NCBI GenBank assembly: GCA_038496445.1
Contig: JALMLS010000270.1
Location: 42,660 to 106,659, forward strand
DNA: 64,000 bases
Source of the DNA: Trichosphaerium sp. ATCC 40318
Lineage: Eukaryota; Protista; Tubulinea
Direction: 5' to 3'
Positions 1 to 13,301 of this stretch are shown here, one piece after another (position 1 is the stretch's first letter; every line of letters starts with the position of its first letter). The notes beneath the pieces are model-generated. The model did not search any database. It saw only the letters and a program-made list of their open reading frames with translations, and was not told the DNA's origin. Both the position numbers and the translations under genes were made by a program.

Positions 1-1939
1 CATTTCTGGGCAATTACTCTCGAGAAAGGAAACAGCGTTCCAAGAAGTAGCTGCATACAAGTGTACTATTGGAAATGACTTGTGTAAGGTCCACATGGTC
101 TATGATAAAACCCATTAGAACAATATTCAACAAAACATTGACATGCTTAGCGCTCACTTACCCTAAAAAATTTCTTGTTGGAAACGTCCTCAAAAAGACG
201 AAAGTAGAATACATAAAGACAATTCAAATGAAGTAACCGACGTCCTAGACGTTCAGCAGTAGTAGCAGCTGAAAAAAAATACGGTTAGAACATAAATAAA
301 AAGATTGTAGTGTTACCTTTCTTGTTCTGGAATTGTGCTAGAAATAATCGAAGAAAATACATAAACTCTTTTTTAAAGACATCGTTTACTCTTATTTCGT
401 AAAAGTTCCTTTCATCAAATTCTTGACTGATACATTTAGAAAATATTAAACCTTCCATCAATACACCCTTTAGAAATAATTAGAAAGCACTTCCTCACAA
501 ATTTTGAATATGACACGTGATATAAAACGATATCACGTGTCATGCTCATTTTGATAAAATATTGAGGGAATACCCAAAAGATAAACGCAGCGTTGTTTTC
601 AAACAAAAACATTTGAAAGCAAAGAACGTAACAGTACAGAAATAAAATGGCAAGTTTATCGTTTTCTTTACCTGTAACCGGAATTGAAGCTTCTCAAATT
701 GCCATAACTGTTCTTCTTCAACACCATATGTCGTAGGATCTTTTTTAATCTGTTTTGCCATACTAGGTAGGTGAGAAAACTACGACTACTTCAAAAAAGC
801 TTCTAAAAAGCAACGCACGTTTTGTACATACTCCATCCCCTTGCCATGGCTTCATTGGTGGTAATAAGTTTATCAAGTGTGACGAGTATCTCTAAGATTT
901 CGGCAACATGCTCAAAAACAGTACGCAAATGCACATTCCTGAAAGTAGTCGCATACAACTTTTGATCACGATGATAAAGTGATGCCAGCTGCCTACAAAG
1001 ATGATTAACTACAGATGTAACGTGTTTATTAAAGCTATCACGAGTTGTGTATTTAATAAAAACACAATGATGCGGAATAGGTGAGTAGAAAGAGGACCAA
1101 AACGAGAAACAGTAAACAAAAGAATGGTTTTTTCTGAACAAAAAGAAAAAAAGACCAAAAAGTTTTTGCTCTTTGCCCAAATTAACACTTGTTTGTCGTA
1201 CCGTATGATGTTTAGGAATATCTCATAGCATCTGTTTACAAAATTGAATAATGTGACAAGGAATGGTAATAATTTTCCGACTTGTAATTGAGCGTCACCC
1301 TCCTCTACATTCGACGTTAACATAATTATTACCAATTTTGTTCATAAAAAAATAAAACATTTAAACGCTATCGCGTGCCTGGATCAAATGTATGAAGCGT
1401 TCCAAAAAGTGCCAAAGCAGGGTAGAAACGATTTATAGCCTTTTTGGACAATTAGTTCTTACAGAAAGTGTACACTGTTAAACATAATTTTTACTGTAGA
1501 CACAAGATAATAGCGTTGTTTTGATGGCTTTACGTACTGTTCGTTTCAAATACTGGACTTCATCGCAAAGACTGGCGAATACAACTGTGATTTTGTTGAA
1601 TAGCTTGTTATTAGTGCGTATTAGCTCAAGAACGTTGGTTTGTTCATAAGGTTGAAAAGCAAGAGCAATTGGGTCACTATTTGAGTCCCAACCTTGATCG
1701 AGTGTCTCGTCAAGTGCCTCTTCGATATTGCGTAGTTGTGTGGTGTAGCTTCCCACAAACTCTTGCATTTTCTCAATTTGTTGCTCTTCGGCAATCCCTA
1801 GCGTACGTGAGCCTCAAAGTAGCGATTGAAAGTGTCATTCGATAAAACAATGACAATTAATGCGAAAGTTCTCCAGTGTCGTACGTATGGAGCCCTCATT
1901 AAAGGGGTCCAAGTCCCAATTACTTTGTACTTCAGCCAT
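1..1939 (-). CDS. WASHC4: WASH complex subunit 4 (SWIP/KIAA1033), 5' part; multi-exon, runs off the window start
   Basis: Spliced exons read MAEVQSNWDLDPFNEG..., FVGSYTTQLRNIEEALDETLDQGWDSNSDPIALAFQPYEQTNVLELIRTNNKLFNKITVVFASLCDEV, EEGDAQLQVGKLLPFL..FVNRCYE, VHLRTVFEHVAEILEILVTLD, co-linear with the SWIP N-terminus. ATG at 1939. Confidence 0.93.
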
Positions 1940-2073
1940 TGGTGGCAGTGACTTCTGGCACTTTTTCTGACGCCAGCAATTTTCTTGAAATTTGAGAATG
2001 ACACGACTGAATTTGACTAGTTTAGCTCTGCGCACTCGCTTCGTTTTCTGCCTGTTCCAGCAGCAAAGCGATC
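1940..2073. promoter_or_regulatory. 134-bp divergent intergenic region, probable bidirectional promoter
   Basis: Lies between the head-to-head ATGs of WASHC4 (1939, -) and Exo84 (2074, +). Confidence 0.6.
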
Positions 2074-5000
2074 ATGAGCAGTAACGAGGATTCGTACAAT
2101 GAATTTATTCAAGGGACACCAGGCTCACCAGAACAAGTTCGAGCGTCTACTAGCAATGAATCGCTTGCTTCGCGTGGGTCTGGGCGGTCTAAACATAACA
2201 AGGGCATTCATAGTTTAGTAAATCAGCTAAAAGGTAACGTTGACGCAGTTAAAACATGTTGGGAGTTAACTGCCACCACAAGGTAAAAAAAAACATCACA
2301 AACACAAGAAAGAGCCTTCATTCCATGGTAATCCAATAAAAAGAGACAGAGGAGATACATCGTACTCTATGGGATCAAATTCAGCAGAAGAAGAAACAAA
2401 ATACTATGGCATCTACGAAGAGAAGCAATTTAACGAAGCAGACGCCGCTAAATGTTCGTAACAACGCGTTGGGGCGTTTTTTATATTAACCTTTATAAAA
2501 ACCGGTTCATTTTGCCTTTATAATTACCCCTTTAACAGTGGTGACGCTTCAACGCCTGTTAAAAATAACAGTCCTCATTTCAGAAATTTAGATGCGGCCA
2601 AACTATTTGAGGCATACGAAGAGCATAACGTAAGGTACAGAGTCAGTTGCTTGCTTGACCAATAAAGCAGAAGTTGTTTATTTGAAAAAAATTGTGAAAA
2701 ATTTACTCACGGTAGGCTGTTAAAACAAGACTTGATGAAGGATAGACAAACTGCTGCTGATAGATTACAGCGTAATGTACATAAGAATTACCCAAAGTTC
2801 ATCAGCAGTTCGAAGTACATCTCTAGTATCCTGAGACAAACCAAATGAAGGAACTTCAATTTTTTTATTTGTTTGTTACACCACGCTTTTAGTAATTGTT
2901 TCTATCCTTCACGTTCACTAAAGATTTGGAAATGGATATGTTAGAACTTAGAAATCATCTTACAGCAATTAATTCGGTAATGAAGGGGTTAGAGAAGCGT
3001 AAACTTAATGTTGCCAGTACGTCTCGTTTATTTATTTTTTTGGTATTTTATTTTGTTGTTATGTAATTTTTACTCACTTGTTGTATAGCTTTTGCTCCTG
3101 GAACATACTCTCAAACAAAACAAGTAGCTAATGACCAAGTGAAACGTGATATTGATTGGTTTTTGGAACTACCTGATGAACTTGACATTCTCACTTCTGA
3201 ACGATTGTTTGGCGAGGCTGTTAATCTTATAGAGCGCGCAGAAGCACTCAAAAAGCAGAAAAAGAGACCACATTGTGCGCTGGCATACCAAACTATTCAA
3301 GGAGAGTTAGTATTTAAAAGGTATCTCAAACCAAAGCTAATGTTTTCAGGTTAATAATTTTGAGTCTAGACAGAAGATGGCTGAAGTCCTACTTCGTGAT
3401 TTACAAGCTGCCGCTTTAAAAAGACCTGAGTGTGCTTACATTATTGCCCATTTGCATAGACTTGGGTACTCAGCACAGGTACAATCGAGCACCTCTTTGA
3501 AAACTGTTGAAGTCATTGTTATGTAACTCTTGCTTTTCTAGGCACAAGATACATTTCTACAAACACGTAGTATCAAACTTAAGGCGAGTGTAAGGTGAGA
3601 ATAGGATAACCTTCGTTTTTTGTAGCTAACTTGTTTTTTTAGGCAGCTAAGTTTTGAAGGTGATATTCTTCTCTTTACCAACGAATTATCACGTGTTGTA
3701 TTTTCAGCCATTTACCAAACATGTGATGACTTTTTGGAATGGTTTCCTAAGCAGCATATGATATCAGGTATGAGACAGTGCCTTTTCTTTATTTTCAAAA
3801 CAACATCACGTGTTGGCAAGGTAATCTGATGTTGTATTCAAGGGTTTGTTGTGTGGGCGATTAGAGAGTTAGAATCTTTTGGAGAGCAGTTTACAACACG
3901 TATTCGCCAAGTATTATCAGCTGAGCTTGATAACTTTGAAACAATGGGGAAATGCTTTGAGATTGCTCAAGCTCATTGTAGAATGGTACAAAAGATTTTC
4001 TACTTCTTTGGTTCTAACTTTTTTGTAGCTTGAAGAAAAGCGATTAGCGCTCACGTTTTTCTTACAAGGAATGTTTAATAAGGACTTGGAATATGCGTTA
4101 GATAATTACTATCAACGAACAAGACCTCTAGTTGATAAACAAATCGGCGATGAGAGTTGGGTTTCTGAGATGTATTTCCCAGAAGGTATGTCAAATCGTT
4201 TTGTTGTTTTTAAAAAGATTGTCTGGTTTTATAACACCTTTATTTAGCTGGAGAGCCAGTATCACTTTCTCCTAGCGCAATATATGTATATAATATAACA
4301 GAGAAGTTTGTGAAAGGCATCAAATCTATCATAACACCTCAGGTTCATTTTTTGTTTTTCCGTATTTCCGAGAACTTGTAGCTCATATTTCATTAGCTTG
4401 TTCCTCTTGTTGTTTCTACAATGTCTAAAATGCTTCGTGACTATGTTTTCTCTCTTCGTGTAATTCTAGAGCAACAAAGACCACAACAACTTGGCGACGC
4501 TCAAGTAAGTATCTTGATATTTACATACGTTATATTTCTAATTCTTACCAGCGTTTCCTTACAATTGTTGCAAATGCTAAAAATATTGTTCACTCTTTGG
4601 TTCCAGAAAAGATTAAAACCTTTGAGGTACTATGATCTGTTGCTATGCTTAGATTAACTAACCCTATCCATAGAGTCAACTTGAAGGACCAGAAGCAGGT
4701 TTATCAACACTTCAAACTCAACTACAGTATGCGAACTTACTTTTTTATTTGTTGGAAGCTTACTTTATCGTACCTCAAGATCGATATACGAGCCTATGCC
4801 TATTATGTTCTGTGAAAAGTGGGCAAGCTTCATATCAAGCACTAAGCTTGTATGGGCTGACGTTGTGGCTACAATTTATTCAGAACAACAACTGGCAAAG
4901 ATTGAAAAGCCTGAGCCTTCTCTTAAGTTTGTAAGGCTTTTTGAATACTTGAGCACACTTACATCAACCATACATGATATGTTGGATATAACAGCAGTTA

Positions 5001-5602
5001 AAGTTATCATAAGCAGAATGTTTGAACTTGTACGTACTCAAGTGTTATGAAAACTGTTTACAATCTATTTTTTTTCCTATTTTTTCTGTTCAAGTACAAC
5101 AGAGACTTGTTTGAGTTATTCTTGTTTTGTCTTAATAATATTTGTCGTATAGATATGTCTTGATCTTAACGAAGGTGAATTTTGGGCAAAAGAAAATACA
5201 GAAGAGCCAATGATAGGCGAAAAAGGTACAACCTCATTAATCAATCTTTGCTATTTTTTCTTCGATGTTTTTTTTTTTGGTCTTGCTAATGCCTTGTTCT
5301 TTCTTTCAGGATTACAACAGCTTGTAATTGATTTACGATTCGCCAAAGAAGCTGTAGGAAGATTTGGAACTGATGTATCTTACAAGGCACTTCAGCGCGT
5401 ACAAGATCGTGTTATTACACAGTACACCAGAACAACAAATGGTGAAGGTGCCAAAATACTAAAGGTAAATGGTTACTGTTTTTTCAACACTTAATTGCAT
5501 TATTATGTATATTTACTTATCGTTATTTAGGGTAACAACATGTTTTATAAGGATGTAGTTAATGCAGCCCTTTCAAAAACTAAGACATTACTAAACGTGT
5601 AA
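2074..5602 (+). CDS. EXOC8: Exocyst complex component Exo84 (no PH domain seen), multi-exon
   Basis: Vps51/Exo84-type N-terminal segment (DRLQRNVHKNYPKFISSSKYIS-LEMDMLELRNHL), then WFLELPDELDILTSERLFGEAVNLIE, LHRLGYSAQAQDTFLQTRS, GFVVWAIRELESF, GLQQLVIDLRF. Last exon ends with TAA at 5600-5602. Confidence 0.85.
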
Positions 5603-6461
5603 TGCATCTAAAAATCAACGAATATTTAAATGTAATGTAAAATACAAACTGTGTTATTTTGTGAAGTCTATCAGTGAAATCCATGATAGTTGTACAGTGG
5701 ACTTTGTAAATACGGTTTTGACGTGCATGTAAACTATTGATGGAAAGGTTGAGATGAGAGTAGACACTGTTCTTGTACACCTGTTTAAAGAGCCATGACC
5801 AGTCGGTAGTTCTCTGAAACAGTAACTTGGTGTTTTTTGCAAAAAACAATACACTGGGCGCGCTTTTGTACACTTGGAAATATCCAACTTTTTAGGGCTG
5901 TTTACTGCCCCAGCTACCATTAAAAACGTTTAACATTTTGTCGGCCAATGTGATCGGTTGTACTATTCTGATACGCACTACTAGCGCAACTGTCGACAAC
6001 GCTGAGCAAAGCTGGTCAAAACAAGTCTGTTCTACGCGCCAAAATTTAAAAACAAGCCAAACGGAAGCAAACACCATAACGAAATGAATAACCAGGTAAT
6101 TCGCGTATATTGCGGCTATAACTACAATATTAACATAAATACGCAGATTACAGCGCAGCAGAACAGACAAAACTTCCAGTTTGTAATGACAAGCAACCAC
6201 GACGCTTATAAGGCACGTAAAACGTACTGAAACCACTAGAAGCGCCACAAACGAATATTGTTTCTCGTTTGCACACTGCCTTTAACAGCCCAACGATTTG
6301 TACTTCCCTTACATTCGGTGTTGGTGATGCGGTCGGTTGCGTGCCGCCGCTTAGCAAAAAACGTTTAAAAACTCTATTCGCTCGTGGGCTGGTGATTATT
6401 CGCTTGTGTACGTTCCCTTAAACGCCAACTCAGAGGTTTATAACCACTGGGGCTGGGTTCG

Positions 6462-7104
6462 ATGTGGTTGTCAGATCTGCCGCTTAGCATGGACGTGCGG
6501 CATATCACTAGCTTGAAAGAAGTCGGGAAAGAAGTTTCAGAACCGATTGAAGTCTTCGCTTCGAGTTCAAAAGTCACAAAAAAAACCAAAAAAGTAGAAT
6601 TTGAAGCTCGAGCCAAATTCTGCGTTTTTGGTTTTTTTTTTCTATCTTCTTTCGTTGTGCTCTAGCTCTCCATGCTTACAGATTTTAATATAGGCACTAT
6701 GTGATATAGAGGTTGCTGAGAAAGAAGCACAGTTAGAGGCGCTTAGAAAGGAGAAAGACGCTCGAATAGCTGAACTTATCAAAGAGTTGCTTAAGCGTAC
6801 AAATCAGCTTGATAATGCTTTAGATACTATAAATGAGCTAAAGGAACAACATAAAAGTAAAGTTGGAGCACTAGAGGTAACAATAAGAAACTTAACGAAA
6901 GAAAGAAATCAAAAGAGAAGTGCCGAGAAATTGCTTCAAAGAGATGTTAGAGCATTGAAGAGGCGTAAGAAGAGTGATGATAGGACTATAAAGGCTGTTT
7001 CTGAGAGTATAAACGTTATGAACTTTGGTGATGCTAGAACGATTATTGATGAGTATGTTACGGAAAGAGATGTTGAAGATGAAGGTAGTGATACTGAGAA
7101 GTAA
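6462..7104 (+). CDS. Hypothetical coiled-coil protein, 2 exons
   Basis: Exon 1 (to ~6593) splices in frame to exon 2 (from ~6693), which encodes E/K/L heptad-rich sequence and ends with TAA at 7104. Confidence 0.5.
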
Positions 7105-7715
7105 AACACAGAAAAAAAAGTTGTAAAAAATGAGTGTAAATAAAAATTGTATTTGTAGGAGACTGTTTGCAAGTAAATTAAACATACGAGCAACATAGCT
7201 ACTATAGAACTCAAAGGTTGCTTGCCATTCTACTTAGTAGTGATGAATCGGTAATGTCTGCATATTCAATTCCAGGCGTTTGAGATTGCCAGATACTGGC
7301 AAGCAACGATCACCTTCCCACCCAGAATGGCTTAACTCCATGGTTGTATACTAAATAACCCAGTATCCCCTTACCAAATTCAATCATACTCCTTTTGAGA
7401 TTTTACCTTTAGCATTAAAAGACTTGATTGCAGAAATAGTAAAGCCATACAAGTTTGTATTGCATCACAAAGATCAGACTAAACTGTTTCATGTTTCTAT
7501 TTACGAAAACTACAATGCAAGAAATTACTTTGTAATGGAAAAAATGACAGTGCATATGATACTTGTATGGCATGTATCAACGATTGTGTAGCATCATAAA
7601 ATCCAAATATGTAGTAAGAAAAAAAGAAGAATCTCAAACAAGAAAACTGTTCTGTCCAAGCTTATAAACGTAAAGAAAATCATTCTCAAATTTTTTGTGT
7701 GTATTAAATAAGGTG

Positions 7716-8862
7716 ATGGACGACAACTATGATACTAGGTCAAATTACAGTGAATCACAAGTGAGTCGGTGACATTCTTTGCTTCAGTCAGTTTTTCAAA
7801 TAAAAAATACAAGGCTAACCGACAATGCCAAAGGGAACTGCCATTACACCAAAATATAAAGAGAAAACTGTTATTACCAAAATAATACTATTGGGCGACT
7901 CTGGTATTTTACAATTCATTCGCCTTTACTTACTTTCAAACAGGTCTACGAGTGGGTAAAACATCAATTATTAGAAGATACAACCAAAATACATTCTCAG
8001 ATCATTACAGGTCGACTATTGGTGTCGATTTTGTACGAATTTTTACTCTTTTTATTGTTTGTTTTGTCGCCTTTTTATTCTGTTTACAAAAATTAATAAT
8101 TTAAAAACGGAAGTTCTTGCTACTTTTAACTGCAAAGCACCGTCGTATTAGTGTAATCTTACCATTACTCAACATGTTTAAGGAGGGCAAACGTACTCAA
8201 GGGAAACTGATCAAGGATATCCAATTACAAATATGGGAGTACGTATCACGTCTTTCACTAAAAACGCGTGCTTTTGCACGTGACAGAAAACAAACGAAAA
8301 TATTTTGTGACTTATTCTTAGCACTTCTGGAAGGGAGGTTGGTTTATCGGGTATGGGTAAGCACAAGACCTCCCAATAAATGTTTAACCTAAAATTTAGC
8401 TCGTGTTTATATTAAAGGAAGTCACGTAGCATTTGTGGTGTTCGATGTAACAAAAAGATACACTTTTGAAAGAGTGGCAGCATATGAAAAGGTGATGGAG
8501 CTCACCAAAGATCAGCAATGTTGTATTGCCATTGTTGGCAATAAAATAGATTTAAAAGATAAACGAGAGGTATCAACAAAAGAAGGACGTGAGTTGGCAG
8601 ACTTTTGGGGTGCTTCATACTTTGAAGTCAGTGCAAAAGAAGTACGAGTAAAACAACAACTTTTTTGTTCTCAGTTCTGATCACTTTTTAGGGCACTGGC
8701 GTATTTGAGATGTTTGATGAAATGATAAGCCGTGCTGAAGAATTACATGTAAAAGCAGGACGTCATTTAGAAGAGTCTCCTACTGAGAAAGTTATTGTAC
8801 CTCCAGAAAACCACACTTCATTCTTCTCAAGAATACAATCTTGGTTTACAGTACAAAAATAA
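7716..8862 (+). CDS. Atypical Rab-like small GTPase
   Basis: Spliced motifs KIILLGDSG-VGKTS, YRSTIGVDF, LQIWDTSGRE, IVGNKIDL, YFEVSAK. C-terminus ...SFFSRIQSWFTVQK* has no cysteine. Confidence 0.88.
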
Positions 8863-8889
8863 AACCTCCTTTGCTTCAATATATCATGC

Positions 8890-9068
8890 ATCCCGTTAGT
8901 AACTTACAACTTGTAAGATTGATCGAATGTACACCACTCAATACTGTGCCACCAGAGTCTGTCACTGCTGTATTCCTCACATCAATGGTATGTACGTTTC
9001 AATGCTGAAACACCTATATCTGTAACGTGGGTGTAACTCAAATCAATGGTATGAACACCTGATAGAGG
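8890..9068 (-). pseudogene. Leucine-rich-repeat gene fragment, frameshifted
   Basis: Reverse strand reads LSGVHTIDLSYTHVTDIGVSALK /frameshift/ NVHTIDVRNTAVTDSGGTVLSGVHSINLTSC, i.e. ~24-aa LRR units. Confidence 0.6.
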
Positions 9069-10347
9069 TTCAAAGATTGGCTGAAAATGCTTTTTGTAAT
9101 TTTTTCTTAATTTATGGTCAAATCACGTGATTAAAAAAGCCAAGAATTAGTCAGTGGTAACAAGTTGTAAAGGCATCAAAGGTTCATGTATGACGAGTCT
9201 ATCGGGAGCACATACCATACAGTTATCAGATACGAACTCAATGCATGATTGGTTGGTACCGCTTTCTAAGGTCAAAGTTTTAACTTATGGGGATGTAAAA
9301 AAATAACAGACAAAGGCCTCGAATCGGTTGCTAATGTACATGGAACAAAACGTTAGTCTGTCGGCTAAACAATGTGCCAGTACGTTTGTTTAAATCAATA
9401 TGTAACTTCTTTGCTAAGTAAAGGGTGCTTAAGTCAAATACAATCAGTCATTTGTAGCTTATTTCTTTTTACAAAACTGTTTTTTCTAATGTTGTTATGT
9501 AGCTATTGCAAGAGCGGCATGCAAAGACACTCAATGTGAGGTTGCCAGAAAATGCGCCAAGTACTGCCATGAAGATAAAGCGGTTTTTGAAAAAGCTACA
9601 AATACCACAATGTGGTCAGCGGAGTTTAGGAAACTTCAACAAAAGTTGGCATAAATTAGCCACTCAATGGATGTTTCGTAACATGTTCAATAAAAGAAAA
9701 TGCATCAAACAATATTATATTTGCCTCTGGTAGGCACAATGGTTAAATACATTTTGATGAGTTTGCTAACTGTCACTTTGTATTTGGTAATTGACCTGGA
9801 TTGGGATAATTTTCTCAATTTTCAGTAGTTTGTGTCATCTTTACCTTATGTGAGGCAGTTTACTGAACGTCACGGAAGTATAAAAAGTAATTTAATAAAA
9901 TGAGTCAAATGAAAAGCGATTTGGCTTAAACAAGGACAACAACAATGAGCACAAATTACAGCAACAGATATCACCAACAAGCACGCATCCACCTAACCAG
10001 TTACACCCCGCATACACCTTTAAAAGTGTAGTGTCTCCAAAATTACTTTAGTAATGAGCTTCTGGGGCGTTTACGCACTAGGCGAAGTTGTCTTTGTAGG
10101 CACAAAATGACAGAAAAACTCGCACAATTTTCAACTTTTTAAGTCAAAACGGTACTTTTACGCGCATGGCAACAATAGTGTTTACTTCTCAACAATACAG
10201 AATGTTGATAATTGTAACCATGTTTAATTGTCAAAGTCATACGAATTAAAAAAAAACAGTGCGGGTAAATTCGTTTCCGACTTTGGTTTTTTTTTTTGTT
10301 TTTTTCGAGTTTTCATTTTTTTGTAAACAATTGCGCTTAAAACAACT

Positions 10348-11402
10348 ATGGGTTATCTTTTTGATCAGAAGTTCTTACATTCGCTTGCTAAAAAAGCTGT
10401 TGAACGCTATGGAGAGAACATGGAGCAGATCGTTGCGTACATTGTTACCGAGCTCAATAAGAAATATCCGGGCCACATAAACAACAACCAAGGTAAGTGC
10501 GCTTTAGAATGAAGCATTTTTACGCGTTTGTACTGGTATTCTACAGACTACATCTTACTTTGCCAACCGTACTTTGGGTGATCATTTAAGACCGTTTTGG
10601 GCTTTTTCACATTGTTTTTGTGGCTGTTTCGCAAATATTTTTCTAGAGTGGATATTTAATAACGCCGGTGGCGCAATGGGTTCTATGTATGTGATTCACG
10701 CATCTTTGACAGAGTATCTTATCATTTTTGGAACAACCTGTGGTACAGAAGGACGTAAGTTGCTTTTTCACCTCATAACGCGTCAAAATACGCATAACTA
10801 AAGCTTCTACATAGATACTGGACGGTTCCCGTTTACTGACGATTATTTTATGATTCTCAAAGGCGAACAATGGGCTCACTCAGCAGTACGTAATAGATCT
10901 AAACTTACAGAGTTTCAACCATTTCGACCAAAACAGCCGAAAAATAAGAAGCTTACGCGATTATGACGCTATCTCGACTTCTCGTCGTTTGTACGAATCT
11001 AAACACTTACTACAGGGAAAGTTCGAACGTGAAGTATACAAACCAGGCGATTGTCATCATTTAAAACGTGGTGTATCTAAGGTAGAACCTTTTTTTGTAA
11101 AAACGTTTCTGTACTGACTTATCTGCTAGCAATATAAAATGCCAGACACTGGATGCTTTGCACTAGAGTACGCTCGCGGTAATATCCTGTCTATGATGCC
11201 TTTTGGTACGATAGACGACGCGGAAATCGGAGATTTCACTTTTTTTCAGATTTTTTTTTCGTTTTTTTTTCTTTCAGTTTATTGACCACTTACAGGTATG
11301 GCTGATGCTCTATTTGGTACCCTTGATTACTGGTCATTTTGGCAAACTGCTAGAACGTATGTTAGCTTGACAACAAAAGAATTATTGCAATGCAAAGTAT
11401 GA
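10348..11402 (+). CDS. ERG2: C-8 sterol isomerase / sigma-1 receptor family protein
   Basis: [88 protein letters not shown] are ERG2/SIGMAR1 signature motifs. Confidence 0.95.
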
Positions 11403-11783
11403 GAAAGAAAACAAGCGAAATCTCACGTGAAGACACATTTTTTTTCGATACAAACAACCTTGAACCAATCAACTGATTTTTGTTAATAAACCCTTTACCT
11501 CAAATATAAAATTGCTTTGGTGTATACACTGAAAGTGTAAGGGTTTTGACGTTTGTACAATGTGAGGATATAGTAACAAACTGATTTTTCTTATGCACGC
11601 TCTCAACCGAATAGAATCGCTTCTTTCGAAAGAACGTTTCTAAAAAAATATTATAGAACATAACGGAGAGATAATCTCAAAAGAAATTTTCATGCTAGAA
11701 CGGTTAGGGTTGTCAGACGTTAAAAAGCAACTATCTCTTTCAAACACTGTAAATTGCAAATCTATTTGTTTTTTCAGTCATCC

Positions 11784-13301
11784 TCAAGGTACAGCGGCCA
11801 TGAAAGGTATGCATTGTCCTATACGACGGAGGCATGTTATCTCTACAACAGGCGGACATGTTTCATCTTCACAATCGACAACATCAAAATCAGCAGGGTC
11901 TGCACGAGAACAGCAACTACAAAATAAATCAGAAAAAATGAGTCGAAACAAAAAAATTGTCGATAGACCTGTCAGTATCGCCGAAACCATTTATTCGTCC
12001 ATTAGTTATACCCATATTCTGTGTTAGGCTTTCAACAAGAATTCTATCATCTCCTCCAGCACCATGAACAGCATTCGCAATTGTTGAGAATGGTTCTAAA
12101 GTGAAAGTAAAATCCTGTGAACAATCGTAATGTTATTTCGTACGTATTGTCACTTCTTCTGCAATCATTACATCATCACCAGAACCGCCAAATAAATTCG
12201 TCATCAAAGAGCACCTGACATACATAATATCATCATCACCACTACCTGAAAACAGTTAAAAAGAGTTTAGTTAAAGTAACGTCTTTACCTGAAATTGTGA
12301 GTACAGAACTGGTTTTAACATCAACGCAATCATCACCAGCTCCCGCATTAATATTTCCTGCAAATGTTGGAATGTCACCATAAGGACCAAGTTTAATACA
12401 ATCGATGCCATCTTGTCCAAAGATATCCGACCTATCACATTACATTTTGAGGCTATTGAGTATTATCATCCGTACCGTTCAGACATCCCCCCTCGCTTGG
12501 ACATTTCTTGCAAATTACTTCCCTCTATTATAATATCATCATCACCTGACGATGCCCTAATGGTTGATGCAGTCGATTGAGTCACTCTTACACAATCATC
12601 ATCATTTCCTAACCAAGTCAAAATTAAATAGTTTATGTCTACGGTGTACCTGCATTTATTAGTCCTAACACTGTCGCCTCGTCCTGTATAAGAATACAAT
12701 CGTTTCCTCCTCTGGCAGTGACACTACCTACGGCTGCCGCTGAACCTCTCACAAGGATGCAATCATTGTTGTTCGTTCCAAGAATATTATTGGATATTAC
12801 AGATTCTACAATCACGCAATTACCAATATCGTCCATCAGCACTAGGAAAATTGTTAGTAAGCGTACGAATGAGTTCTTGGTAAATTATACACGTGATTAA
12901 ACACGTGATAACAAAAAGGAAAAAAACCGAAGGAGCAAATTGGGGCAATAGATCAAAAACACACATAGGTTTTGGTGCTAGCATGAATTCGTTTATGCTA
13001 CTGTAGATGAAATAAAAATAAAAGAAAAAAAAAACCCTAAAATTCCACCACACAAGCGCTAAGTATAACTCACCGTCGCCATCACCGTTTGCGGTTACAG
13101 TCATACAACTATTTTCAAAATCGCAAGTACTACAAGCCATACAATCGCAATCACATCCAGCCGCTTCAGGCAAAGGTGGTTGAGCGTGGTACATGCTTAG
13201 AACTAACAATAGAGGTTAGGTTATCATTATTTTTGAAAAAAATTCGTATAGATACAGATTGTAATCCACAGAATACAAATCATGTTTGTTGTCCTTATCA
13301 T
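11784..13301 (-). CDS. Secreted protein with RTX/hemolysin-type Ca-binding (GGxGxD) repeats and Cys-rich ends
   Basis: Signal-peptide-like start MIRTTNMICILWITIFLSMYHA. Repeats ARGGNDCI, NAGNDDDCV, ASSGDDDII, GQDGIDCI, NAGAGDDCV, SGSGDDDY, LFGGSGDDVM, HGAGGDDRI lie across GT-AG-bounded exons. Confidence 0.7.

Noticed and set aside
9290-9733. Small Cys-containing exon-like segments
   Set aside because: No convincing start, family motif or complete gene model.
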